The notes beneath the pieces were generated by a model, which was not told the origin of the DNA, searched no databases, and saw only the letters and a program-made list of their open reading frames with translations. From the IMG/VR virus record IMGVR_UViG_3300027996_002186, positions 186,001 through 250,000 of that record: a stretch of DNA of 64,000 nucleotides; one strand, 5' to 3'. Within the stretch, counting starts at the first letter, position 1. Every line of letters starts with the position of its first letter. This document shows, piece after piece, positions 28,531-39,100 of this stretch. Both the position numbers and the translations under genes were made by a program.

Positions 28531-29100
28531 ATGGAAAAGTTTTCAAAGTTAAAGTCGAAAGATGAATTCGGGGGTAAAAAGGATAAAATTATCTATAATG
28601 ATGATTACTTCAAAATTATTGAATATGAGGATTGGCATATTATTCAAGAAAGAGATGCTGTTGTTTGTATTCCTTATTTAATTGAAAGTAATCAATTTAT
28701 TATTCGTTATGAATATATACCACCTTTTAAATATGTTGATGGTCAAGAGTATCATATAACTGTTATAAGTGGTGGTATTGAAGACGGTGAGACTACTGAA
28801 AGAGCTTTAGTAAGAGAATTAGAAGAAGAAGCTGGTATTGTTTTAAGAGAAGATTATCAATTAGAAGAAATGAAGCCTTTATTTATTAGTAAAGCACATA
28901 CTAATAAATACAGACCATTTATAATTCCATTAAATGAGGGAGATTATCATGAAGTTATCGCTAAGGGTGATGGTTCGAAAGCTGAGGAACTCAGTAAGTC
29001 TGTTAAAGTTGATGCTAAATATATTGATTCGATGAATACTTCTGATTTAATAACTGATTATATGTTACTTAAATTGAAAGAATATCTTAGTGGTCTTTAA
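28531..29100 (+). CDS. Nudix hydrolase
   Basis: Nudix box GGIEDGETTERALVRELEEEAG; late box 28501-28509. Confidence 0.9.
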   Translation: MEKFSKLKSKDEFGGKKDKIIYNDDYFKIIEYEDWHIIQERDAVVCIPYLIESNQFIIRYEYIPPFKYVDGQEYHITVISGGIEDGETTERALVRELEEEAGIVLREDYQLEEMKPLFISKAHTNKYRPFIIPLNEGDYHEVIAKGDGSKAEELSKSVKVDAKYIDSMNTSDLITDYMLLKLKEYLSGL

Positions 29101-30442
29101 GATAATTATCTAATAGATGTTTTATATCTGAATTTATACCTTTACTATCCGCACTTCCATAATCTGGTATTCTAGGATTTAAAGTTTCATTAAACCATTG
29201 TTGTCCACACCATTCATCCCATAAATTTCTTATTGATGATTCTCTGAATAAATCATCTGAATCAAAGTCATCCATCCATTTAGAATCAAATTCAACTTCA
29301 TAATAAGTTATACTTTGTGTGTAACCTGATGAATTATGTTTTGATTTAACCCAAGTATCTATATCAACTTTTTGATAGTCAAATTCTTCATCAACCTTAT
29401 AATCAAAGGAACTTAATATACTGTTATATGTCTCATCAACGTGTGCTCCCATTTCCCAATCGGCTGCTATCTGTTTAGCTTCTTGTGATATTTCTATATC
29501 CTTTGATAATTCATCTATCGACCTATAAAATCTTTCCTTTAGTAAAAATTCAATAAGCTCATCTTCTGATGATATATTTTCAAATCCATTTGACATATGT
29601 GGCCAATCAAAATTATCTAATACTTCTTGAAATCCACCATATTCTTTAATAATTGACTTAACCATTAAAACTTCATTTTCTTTATCTAATGTATATTGGA
29701 AAAATGATTGTGTGTCTGGTATATAATAATGTGACTCATAATGATCCCACATATTCTCAGTACCACCAACTAGTGTATCTTTATAATCATCATTTCTATT
29801 TAATAGACAATCAGCCATGTCTTCCAAATCAACGTGTATATAAACACCACCTGATTTATCTTCTTTGTCATAAGCAAGTCCATAATAATCAGCAACTTGT
29901 TTCTGTGTTAATTCAACAGTATTTTTTTGTTTAACAAACAAAGCTATGTATTCTTTAGCTTCTAATTGTTCTGAATGTTTAAAAAATATTTCTCCTTTTT
30001 GGTTTCTCGATTCATCCTTTCCTATCCATAAACCACCTTTTAATTGAATGTTGTTTATGTCTAATCGACCATCCTCATCATGTATTGTTATTTCCCCATC
30101 AACCTTCTCCTTAATTATATCATGTGCGAAAATAACAGAATCAGTTACATCAACACTAGAAGTATCTCTACCGGTTTCTATTAATATCCAATAAGCTGGT
30201 CTAATATCATCACCAGGTATTACTTTTTCTGTGAAAACTTGACTAGTGGTTGTTTTGTTAACTTTATAGTTATATGATTCTTCTTCATTAACAAACCCAA
30301 ATGTTACTGTTGTTAAATAATTCTCATCATCTAAATCTATTAGAAATTCTCGTATATCATCTTCGTCTAACTTCCAGAACTTACCATCGTCTATATCTTC
30401 TTTTATAGACTCTCTTATGAACTTCCAATACTTTTTAATCAT
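29087..30442 (-). CDS. acidic hypothetical protein with CTS-like leader
   Basis: 451 aa MIKKYWKFIRES; TTATATATA-cact-ATG. Confidence 0.75.
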   Translation of the reverse strand: MIKKYWKFIRESIKEDIDDGKFWKLDEDDIREFLIDLDDENYLTTVTFGFVNEEESYNYKVNKTTTSQVFTEKVIPGDDIRPAYWILIETGRDTSSVDVTDSVIFAHDIIKEKVDGEITIHDEDGRLDINNIQLKGGLWIGKDESRNQKGEIFFKHSEQLEAKEYIALFVKQKNTVELTQKQVADYYGLAYDKEDKSGGVYIHVDLEDMADCLLNRNDDYKDTLVGGTENMWDHYESHYYIPDTQSFFQYTLDKENEVLMVKSIIKEYGGFQEVLDNFDWPHMSNGFENISSEDELIEFLLKERFYRSIDELSKDIEISQEAKQIAADWEMGAHVDETYNSILSSFDYKVDEEFDYQKVDIDTWVKSKHNSSGYTQSITYYEVEFDSKWMDDFDSDDLFRESSIRNLWDEWCGQQWFNETLNPRIPDYGSADSKGINSDIKHLLDNYLKDH

Positions 30443-30453
30443 AGTGTATATAT

Positions 30454-30482
30454 AAAAAAAAGAGAGTCATTTAGACTCTCTT
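30454..30482 (-). terminator. intrinsic terminator overlapping the next late box
   Basis: AAAAAAAAGAGAGTC-ATTTA-GACTCTCTT. Confidence 0.7.
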
Positions 30483-30507
30483 AATTAACTGTTCGTATTT
30501 TTACTTA

Positions 30508-31476
30508 TTATATTTTAGATAGTAGTTCTAATTTTTTTGACGAGAATTCCTCATCGGTTAATATACCGGCTGTGTGTAATTCAGAAAGCTTTCTGATTAA
30601 GTCAATAACCTCATCAGATTCGCTTGGTTTCGTTTTTTTCTTAACTTTCTTAATATCAAGTGGTTTAACACTTTCTGGTAAAATCTCAATAATTGTTGAT
30701 GAGATATAATTAGTTTCAAAGTCTATATCTACCTCTGTGAATTTTTGAGAAGAGGATGATCCCTTTTCAACTCTACCAGTTTCATGTTTCATGTTGAAAT
30801 TACTGTTTGATGAACAAAGCATAGAGTTGTTATTAAACCCACTATCATAAACAGCATTTAGTGAAGTTAAATCTACACTTCCGGTATTTGTCACAAAAGC
30901 ATTTACAGATCCGTAAGTTGTTGTTGATGTTGAACCTCCATCAAAGTTACCAGTTGTGGTTGTTCCACAAGTTCCTAATGTTGTGGCTCCGCTATTGAAA
31001 TATATTCTATTTGGTTCCCACCAAGGATTATAACCTGGGTAATATGTAGGATACCATCTTTCAACGATAACTTTATCAAATCTACTTCTCCAGTTGTTAA
31101 TAGTAACAACATCTTCTTTATAAAAGAAAACTTCTAATAAACCATTGTTTTTAGTTGATTGTATTGATTGTAGATTAGTTTCAACTTCGTATGTGTTAAA
31201 TATGAATTTCTTTTTATCATCAACAAAACAATCAAGATAAAATCTTTGACCTGGTTTAATTACTAATCCTGTTTTTGAGATTGATTGACCATTTAATTTG
31301 ATGTCAGCTAAGACACATTCCGTAAGTGGATTAAATAGTTCGATTTCGAATTCGTCTCCATCATTTAAGAAGACTTTTCCTTTTTTAATTGATTTTCTAC
31401 CCTTATCTTTGGGTGAAACAATCCATGCGTTTGGTATAACATGGATATCCGTAGTTTTTGCTACCATAGTATTCAT
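30508..31476 (-). CDS. hypothetical protein with C-terminal SHOCT domain
   Basis: LIRKLSELHTAGILTDEEFSSKKLELL. Confidence 0.75.
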   Translation of the reverse strand: MNTMVAKTTDIHVIPNAWIVSPKDKGRKSIKKGKVFLNDGDEFEIELFNPLTECVLADIKLNGQSISKTGLVIKPGQRFYLDCFVDDKKKFIFNTYEVETNLQSIQSTKNNGLLEVFFYKEDVVTINNWRSRFDKVIVERWYPTYYPGYNPWWEPNRIYFNSGATTLGTCGTTTTGNFDGGSTSTTTYGSVNAFVTNTGSVDLTSLNAVYDSGFNNNSMLCSSNSNFNMKHETGRVEKGSSSSQKFTEVDIDFETNYISSTIIEILPESVKPLDIKKVKKKTKPSESDEVIDLIRKLSELHTAGILTDEEFSSKKLELLSKI

Positions 31477-31600
31477 TTTTATTTATATACCTATATCTTT
31501 AATTCTTTTAAAAATCTCGAAGATACCCTAAAGATACCCGACATAAGTTAGCGAACAGCTAAGATTATATAGTAAAAAGTTAGGTTTTCCATTAAAAAAT

Positions 31601-31611
31601 CCTTATATTTG
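31601..31611 (+). promoter_or_regulatory. early promoter CCTTATATTTG
   Basis: Exact 11-mer. Confidence 0.75.
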
Positions 31612-31634
31612 TATATAACTAATAAAATAATAAC

Positions 31635-32768
31635 ATGAACGAAGTAAAAGATTTTGTATTTGAAACATTTTTAAGACTGACATCCAAGACAGTTCCTTAT
31701 GGATTTGAGGATAAGTTTATGGCTGAGGTTAAGAATCTATTCCCTAGTGATATTGAACAAGATGCTCATGGAAACTACTTCTATAAGATAGGTGAATCAA
31801 GAACTATTTTTGCTTCACACTTAGATACGGTTTCAAAAGATTATGTTGCAGTTACTCACGTATTAGATGGTGACTTAATAAGAACAGATGGTAAAACAAC
31901 ACTTGGTGCTGATGATAAAGCTGGTACTACGGTTATGCTTTGGATGATTAAAAATCAAGTTCCAGGACTTTATTACTTTTTCATTGGAGAAGAAGTAGGA
32001 TGTATTGGTTCAGGATTAGCTTCACAGAAAGAAGATTTCAAAGACTATGATAGAATACTTTCATTTGATAGAAGAGGTACAGGATCAATTATAACACACC
32101 AATCTTGTGGTCGTTCTTGTTCAGATTCTTTCGCAGATGCTTTGTGTGGTGAATTTAACTTCTTAGGACTAGATTACTCTAAAGATTCTGGTGGTGTTTA
32201 TACTGATTCTGCTGAATTTGCTGATGATATCCAAGAATGTACAAACGTATCTGTTGGGTATTACAAAGAACACACAACCAATGAGCACCAAGATATCACA
32301 CACTTAACAGCATTAGCTGAAGCTTGTGTTCAAGTTGATTGGGAAGGATTACCAACGAAAAGAAATCCTAATATTTACGAGCCAAAGCCATATAGTGGTT
32401 ATGGTTATGGAACTAGTTCAAGTAAAACTTATAGCACTTATGATGATTGGTATGATGAAGATTATATTGATGGATGGGATTCATTCAAAAGTCAAAATAA
32501 ATCACATAAGTCGAGAAAAAAAGAAACATCAAGAATGTATTATGATGGATCTAATGGGTTAGTTGAAATGACTACTAAAAATGATGAATTTGATGAAGAA
32601 CAATATAACAAACTAACAGGTGGTGATAAATACAGTTGGGTTCTAGATAAATTTTTAGAAAAGGAATTAACAATAGATGGTCTAGAAATTATCGGCGAAC
32701 AGTATTTAGATTTAAATACTCAGTATGATAGATATTTCTATGAATACTTACAAGAACAAGTGGTGTAA
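31635..32768 (+). CDS. M28/M20-family zinc peptidase
   Basis: SHLDTV, LGADDKAG, GEEVGCIGS, FDRRG, YTDS, EHT. Confidence 0.88.
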   Translation: MNEVKDFVFETFLRLTSKTVPYGFEDKFMAEVKNLFPSDIEQDAHGNYFYKIGESRTIFASHLDTVSKDYVAVTHVLDGDLIRTDGKTTLGADDKAGTTVMLWMIKNQVPGLYYFFIGEEVGCIGSGLASQKEDFKDYDRILSFDRRGTGSIITHQSCGRSCSDSFADALCGEFNFLGLDYSKDSGGVYTDSAEFADDIQECTNVSVGYYKEHTTNEHQDITHLTALAEACVQVDWEGLPTKRNPNIYEPKPYSGYGYGTSSSKTYSTYDDWYDEDYIDGWDSFKSQNKSHKSRKKETSRMYYDGSNGLVEMTTKNDEFDEEQYNKLTGGDKYSWVLDKFLEKELTIDGLEIIGEQYLDLNTQYDRYFYEYLQEQVV

Positions 32769-32984
32769 TTAAATTCGAGCGTTATCGATGATATCGCTTG
32801 TCTTTATTGTTTCATCCGGAGCATTAAAAATTTTAGACTGAGATATATTATGTGTTATTTTGAAAGATCTACTTGATACCTTTTCAAGTATTTTTACTGG
32901 TGTAATCATATCATTATACCAATATTCAATTAATACTATATCTCCTTCTTTATAAAACGATTTATATTCATTTAAAAATTTCAT
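32769..32984 (-). CDS. small beta-barrel-like hypothetical protein
   Basis: 71 aa; TAATATATA-gtat-ATG. Confidence 0.7.
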   Translation of the reverse strand: MKFLNEYKSFYKEGDIVLIEYWYNDMITPVKILEKVSSRSFKITHNISQSKIFNAPDETIKTSDIIDNARI

Positions 32985-32996
32985 ATACTATATATT

Positions 32997-33983
32997 ATGT
33001 TTGGTAGACTCTTTTTTGACAACGAAATAACTAACTTCTTACAAGTTAGTTCAAATAACAAAATTTCAATGATAATGCTTAATGGTAGTCAGGGGGCTAT
33101 TATAGAAGTTGGTAATTTTATTCGTAGGGATAGAAGTAAAATTGATGTTGTATCATTTATTCCAATTAAAAAGATTGATTTTGATGCTGATAAGCTCGGT
33201 TGGGATGATGTTGATAATCTTATGATACAATCTACAAATAGAATAAATGTTAAAATTGGTAGATTTCTGAGAAAATTTTTATCAAGCCAATCAATTGTTG
33301 ATTTTGGTATATCTGATAAAGATATTGAAGATTTTGTTAACCTTTTCAAATCATATTTCACTCCTGATAAAAATAAGTTACAAATAACTGATGGTGTCGA
33401 TATATTAAAATGGTATTTAGAAGATAATTATGCAACTACTTGTGGTAATCGAAGTGGTAGTCTTTGGAAGTCTTGTATGAGACAAAGCGAAAGAAATAAG
33501 TATATGGTTCTTTATACAAAAAATATTTCATTGGTGAAGATGTTAATATTCTTAACAGACGATGGTAAATTAAGAGCCAGAGCACTTTTGTGGGAAAATG
33601 TTGTTGATAAATATGGTAATTCTTATAAAGTGATGGATAGAATTTATTCTATTTATGACCACGATATGTTCTTATTTAAGGGTTGGGCCAAAGAAAATGG
33701 TTATATAACTAAATTAGAACAAAGTGCTAAATCAGAAGTATTGTTTGATGTGAATGGACAACCTACTACTTTAGAATTAAGAATTAAATTAAATAATTGG
33801 GAAATGAACGATTATCCTTATTTAGATACATTTAAGTATTTTGATTTATATGGTGGTTGGTTATCAAATACTGTGAATTTCAGATATCAGTATAAACTAG
33901 TACAGTGTGATGGTTGTGTTGAGAGACAAAGTGAAGAAGAAGAGTATAATGAAGAAGAATATGACGAAGGAGAGGATTGGTAA
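32997..33983 (+). CDS. hypothetical phage protein (SCM...RALLW...MDRIY type)
   Basis: 328 aa with acidic tail. Confidence 0.7.
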   Translation: MFGRLFFDNEITNFLQVSSNNKISMIMLNGSQGAIIEVGNFIRRDRSKIDVVSFIPIKKIDFDADKLGWDDVDNLMIQSTNRINVKIGRFLRKFLSSQSIVDFGISDKDIEDFVNLFKSYFTPDKNKLQITDGVDILKWYLEDNYATTCGNRSGSLWKSCMRQSERNKYMVLYTKNISLVKMLIFLTDDGKLRARALLWENVVDKYGNSYKVMDRIYSIYDHDMFLFKGWAKENGYITKLEQSAKSEVLFDVNGQPTTLELRIKLNNWEMNDYPYLDTFKYFDLYGGWLSNTVNFRYQYKLVQCDGCVERQSEEEEYNEEEYDEGEDW

Positions 33984-33988
33984 TCAAG

Positions 33989-35830
33989 TTAGATATTTGG
34001 ATTATCCGCTCGATATTTATCATATCTGTTAGCAATTTCAATTAAGAACTTATTTCTAACAATATCATTATTATTAAACTCGAATAAATTCAATTTATCC
34101 ATACCCGTTACCATTCCGATAAAATCTAGATATCCAGAATCTTTCTTCCTAACATCATATTGTGATGTATCTCCCATCATAACAGCTTTTGACTCTCTGC
34201 CTAATCGAGTTACCCACAACATTAATTTTTTAACAGATGCGTTTTGACACTCATCTAATAACATTACACAGTTATCATACGTTGATCCTCTCATGTAAGC
34301 TAGTGGCTCAAATATAATTTCTTCTGATGCGAATAAAAAATCTGTTTGTTGTCTTCCTATTATCTTTACGAATGTGTTGTAGTATGATCTTTTATATGGG
34401 TCTAACTTTTCCTGCATATCACCTGGTAAGAATCCTAAATTTTCACCACTTTCTTGTACCGGTTTTGTTATTATTATTCTTTCTACTTTCTTATCTGCTA
34501 GTAAGGCTAATGCCGTATAACACGTTGTGAATGTGTTGTGTGTAACAATATAATTATTGGTTAAATATAAGTGTGTAGGATGATCTACTTTTATACATTG
34601 AGCTTCTTTAACACCAATAAGACTCGCTGATACTATATACCTACATGGTTTGTATTTAGTCTTAGGTATAACTCGGTCAAATTTTCTCCTTAATGAAAAA
34701 GGATTTATATCTGGATTCATTTTAATTGTTAAATTATATGATGTTCTTCCTTGTTTCACCACACCTTTGTGTGTGTAATTTTCATTTCTTGGTGTTTGAT
34801 CTGTGGATATACCACCCAATGATTGTACCAATTCCTTTACATCTTCTATTAATTCCTTTGAGGTTGAGCAAAAGCTAACGTATGTACCATCTTTTGATAC
34901 CGTACCATCTGTATCCATTAACCCTCTTAACATAGATATTCTATTATCAACACTGTTATACTTATAACAATCTGGTATAAATTTTTCATATGATAATTTA
35001 CCCCATATTCCAATTTTTTTAAGATATTGTTTTAATTTATTCTCCCTTGTTGTTTTTTCCTTAACTAAGGCAAAGTCATAACCTCCTCTATCAGATACAC
35101 TTATATCATCATCTAATAAGTTTGTTATTTTTTCGATAATTTCAGAATCCGCTGTGCTAAATCCAACATGGTGTCTCAAACAACCATCACCTATTAAACA
35201 ACCCAATATATATGGATCAATTTCCAATTCTCTTTCAGTAAAATTTACAGGTGATGTAATTGGTATTGTGTGGTTTATTCTACCACGATTTGTATAAAGA
35301 GTGTCTATTATTTCACTGGTTGTTTTTGTGGATCCACTTTTTGGTGATTTATACCTATTCCTAACACCATTTACTGTTTTTGTCCATTCCCTATTATTTC
35401 TATCAGATTCAGTTTGTGTATTCCATAAATGATCGGAACAGCATTCCACTTTTGATCCATCAGAAAATGTTAATTCCCATATTTCCTTTTCACCTTGTGG
35501 GAAAACACCGGTCACTATCGTTGAGTTGCCATCCACAGACATGACCCTATCACCAATTTCCAAATCACCCATTTTTACCCATCCATCGGGTGTTAGTATT
35601 GGTGAATCTAGTGGCTGTGCCTTTGATGTACCAGCTGGGCCGTGAACGGCTGTTAATATACTGTTTCTTATTCCTTTATATAATAAGTGTTGTTTTGGTG
35701 TTAATTCTACTCTAGACTTATTAAATTCAGCTTTTGTTAATGAATTCTTCTTTCTTGATATTTTCTGAAATTCATAATCTTTTATTCCGGTTTTTACTTC
35801 TTCATTTTGATCTTGTTTTCTTCTACTCAT
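33989..35830 (-). CDS. phoH: PhoH-family ATPase containing an intein
   Basis: GPAGTSK|T P-loop, LGFLPGD, LAYMRG, LDECQN, GDTSQ, DIVRN. Confidence 0.9.
   Translation of the reverse strand: MSRRKQDQNEEVKTGIKDYEFQKISRKKNSLTKAEFNKSRVELTPKQHLLYKGIRNSILTAVHGPAGTSKAQPLDSPILTPDGWVKMGDLEIGDRVMSVDGNSTIVTGVFPQGEKEIWELTFSDGSKVECCSDHLWNTQTESDRNNREWTKTVNGVRNRYKSPKSGSTKTTSEIIDTLYTNRGRINHTIPITSPVNFTERELEIDPYILGCLIGDGCLRHHVGFSTADSEIIEKITNLLDDDISVSDRGGYDFALVKEKTTRENKLKQYLKKIGIWGKLSYEKFIPDCYKYNSVDNRISMLRGLMDTDGTVSKDGTYVSFCSTSKELIEDVKELVQSLGGISTDQTPRNENYTHKGVVKQGRTSYNLTIKMNPDINPFSLRRKFDRVIPKTKYKPCRYIVSASLIGVKEAQCIKVDHPTHLYLTNNYIVTHNTFTTCYTALALLADKKVERIIITKPVQESGENLGFLPGDMQEKLDPYKRSYYNTFVKIIGRQQTDFLFASEEIIFEPLAYMRGSTYDNCVMLLDECQNASVKKLMLWVTRLGRESKAVMMGDTSQYDVRKKDSGYLDFIGMVTGMDKLNLFEFNNNDIVRNKFLIEIANRYDKYRADNPNI
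34535..35620 (-). mobile_element. class 3 intein (362 aa) with LAGLIDADG homing endonuclease, in the PhoH P-loop
   Basis: Starts AQPLD, block B DHLW, block F AQCIKV, ends VTHN/T; LGCLIGDG and LRGLMDTDG motifs. Confidence 0.88.
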
Positions 35831-35936
35831 TCAGTAAATTAATTTTTTGGTATATACTAATATATATCTTATTCTATTATATCTCTTTAAGAACTCAAAA
35901 TTTTTAATATATATACCGAAAAAATATATTTTTGTA

Positions 35937-36152
35937 GTGAAGAGTAAAGACGATTTAATATATGAATTGATTTTCAGTGAAGAAATTAATTATAAGGTTG
36001 ATATATCTGAGTATATACTTGATATTTATCAATATGAAGAATTTGTTTCTGATATGAAATCAGTTTTAAAAAAATCGAAAGTAAAAATAGTTGATAGTCA
36101 AGTTAAACTTGATAGTAAGACAGCTATTTGGGAATTAAAAGTAAAAAAGTAA
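35937..36152 (+). CDS. small hypothetical protein
   Basis: GTG start downstream of late box 35905-35913; the ORF-track upstream extension is probably non-coding. Confidence 0.55.
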   Translation: MKSKDDLIYELIFSEEINYKVDISEYILDIYQYEEFVSDMKSVLKKSKVKIVDSQVKLDSKTAIWELKVKK

Positions 36153-36153
36153 T

Positions 36154-39100
36154 ATGTGGATATTCGATAATGATTATAATAAATGGTCTTCTAGTGGTGA
36201 TAATTTAGTTAAGAGTGAGTTTGATTACTTAAAACAAGAGTTATCATCTGTTAGATTCTATTCTAAGTGTTTGAGTGGTGCTGCATACTTACCTATGAAT
36301 AATATAAACAATATATATGATATATTAGGTGAATATAAGCCTAGAAACTGGTATATTGGTTTGGGTGGATCACCTTATAGTAATTCACTTATACCACCAC
36401 AAAATGCTGTTGAAATAACTAATGATTCATCATATGATTATTATACTAAATATTTATCTGAATATGGATTAACATTAAAAAACCTATTCACACCAAATAG
36501 ATTAATAAGTGATTCTATTAATAACTACATATATGTTGATGTTACCACAACAACTCAAATATTTGATTTATATGATCCTGTTATTAATAGGGTTATTGAT
36601 GGTACTAGACTTTTAGATGGTCATAGAATTTTAATAAAAGATCAAAAAACAACAGAAGTTTTACCAAATACGACTAACCCAGATGATTATTTCAGTGGTA
36701 ATTATACAGAAATTCAAAATTTCGGTACAACAATACAATATGAATATTATAGTAATGAAAATGGTATTTATAAATATGAAAATTTTTTATTATCAAAAGA
36801 ATCTGATTTAGATGATTATGAAGATTGTGTTAGGTTTAGTATTATTGCTAAGTTAGGTGCTAATAACAGAGAAAAGCAATTTCATTTATCTAGATTATTA
36901 AATGGATATTATCCAACATCCTCATTGGATCAACCAATGGAATTCATCGAAAAACATAATTGGTTACTAAGAAACAGAGTTGATTATAATAATTTATTTG
37001 AGATAAACTATTATGACGTTATAAAACATGGCGAACAATCTTATGAGATTGGTGGTATTACTTATAGTATACCAGAAAGAACTATATCTGTTGGTGAGTT
37101 TGGTGTTATACTAAATAACCAAGAGAATGTCTCTAATATTATTAGTAATAAGTATAAAGTTAATTTAAGAAGTATTTCACAAACATCTAAATATTATTGG
37201 ATTTGTGGTGATGGTGGTGTTTTATTGAAAGTTAGGAAACATGATTTTAATGTTGAGAGAATTGAAGTTGAAAACTTAACAACATCCAATTTAAAATCTG
37301 TTTCATTTTTTGATAATTTGAGAGGTGCTGTTGTCGGTGATTTAAATACTATTTTAGTTACAAATGATTCTGGATTTCATTGGGAAGTTATTAAAATACC
37401 AGACTTCGATACTTATTATTATAATAAGGTTATTTTTTATGACCCTAATAAGTTTTTCATAGGTGGTAATGTTGGTGTGTTTATTGAGTTTATAAAAGAT
37501 TTATCTGGATGGACAGCTTATAGAAGAAGAATATCTAGATTCATAGATGGATCAACACCACAAAACACAAGTGGTGAGGATGAGTATTTACTAGTTGATA
37601 ATATTAATGATATGTTATATACAAACATAGATACCTGGGGATTAACACATTCTCATAATTACGGTAGTCAATCGATTTCTGTTGATAAAGAATTGTTATT
37701 TATAGTTACTGATGATAGTAAATTTATAGTACACGATATTAATAATTCAATTCCCGACTATGATTTTCTTTATTTAGATTTTAGATCAAATGATATTGAA
37801 TTACATGAATATGGTGATATTAGAAATATATCTCGGAGAGAAGGAACTAATGATTTTTATTTTACTGGTATAAATGATATTAATATCGAAAGTGGTTTAT
37901 TTTCCTTCAATATTAATCTTTTTAGTGAAATTGGTGTTGAACATAATAACGATATTGAATACTCAAATACAATAACAACAACCGCTTCAGCTACATTTGA
38001 ATCAAATTTATATTCGAATAATACTTTCGATTATTTAGGTGATGAAATGATTTTATGTGGAAATGAATCTTTATTGAGAAGTTCAACTTATAGTACTACA
38101 TTTAATTTTGAAATTCTTGATGAGAATTTTGAGTCGAGGCTAAAGTCTAAGATGTTATTTTTGGATTATGATATGGGTTCTAAGCTAAATTTCTTCACAG
38201 ATGATGGTCAATATAGATTACCGAATTCCTTATCATTCCCGGCTGATTTATTTTCATCAACTTCTTCTATATCGCTTAGTTCGTTAGTTTATGGTGCTAC
38301 ATCACCTAGCTTTATGACACAATCAGAAGTTAGTTGGTTTGATTATTGGTCAGATAGGTATAAAACATTTGAATTTTATTCTACTGGGTTACCATTGGAT
38401 GAATCAACAAAAGTTTTATTATCCTCAGATTTTTCATATTCACCAACTCAATCAGAATTAATCATATCCTCAATAACAGATACTTTTTCTGATATAGAAA
38501 ATTTAGCTCCTAATATTTATAATAGAAGTCTTGGTAGATTTAATGGTGCTGGTATGACTGCTATATCAGCCCCATCATCATCATATGATTTATATTTATA
38601 TGATTATTTAATGGTTGCTAAAGTAGCAGATGATTATGAGGTTGTGGTTGGTGATGCTTTTGGATTAGAAAGTAATGTTGTTAATTCTGAATTTGTTGTT
38701 AATAAGATTGCTGAATTTGGTGGTGATAAATATTTATATATGTTTAGTGAGTTTAATCAAAACATTATAACCGAATTATCAACTACTACATATTCCGTGA
38801 CTCTGACAAATCTGAATAAATATTCTGATGTTGATGAGTTACAGGAAAGATTTAACACACATCCTATATCAAATGGTTATGAGTTAATACGTGGTTCATC
38901 AGTTAATAATGGGGTTTTGATGGACTTTGAGTTTGGAACAACAGCATCTTATATAAATTGGGTTGTTGATAACAACTTGGAATTCGACCCGATTTTCGGG
39001 GGTCGACCTGATGTGGCTAAAACATTAAACCAAAATACAACATATATAATAGAATCACCTGAGGTTGAGGGTGTTGATCTCGTATCCTTTTTATATAATT

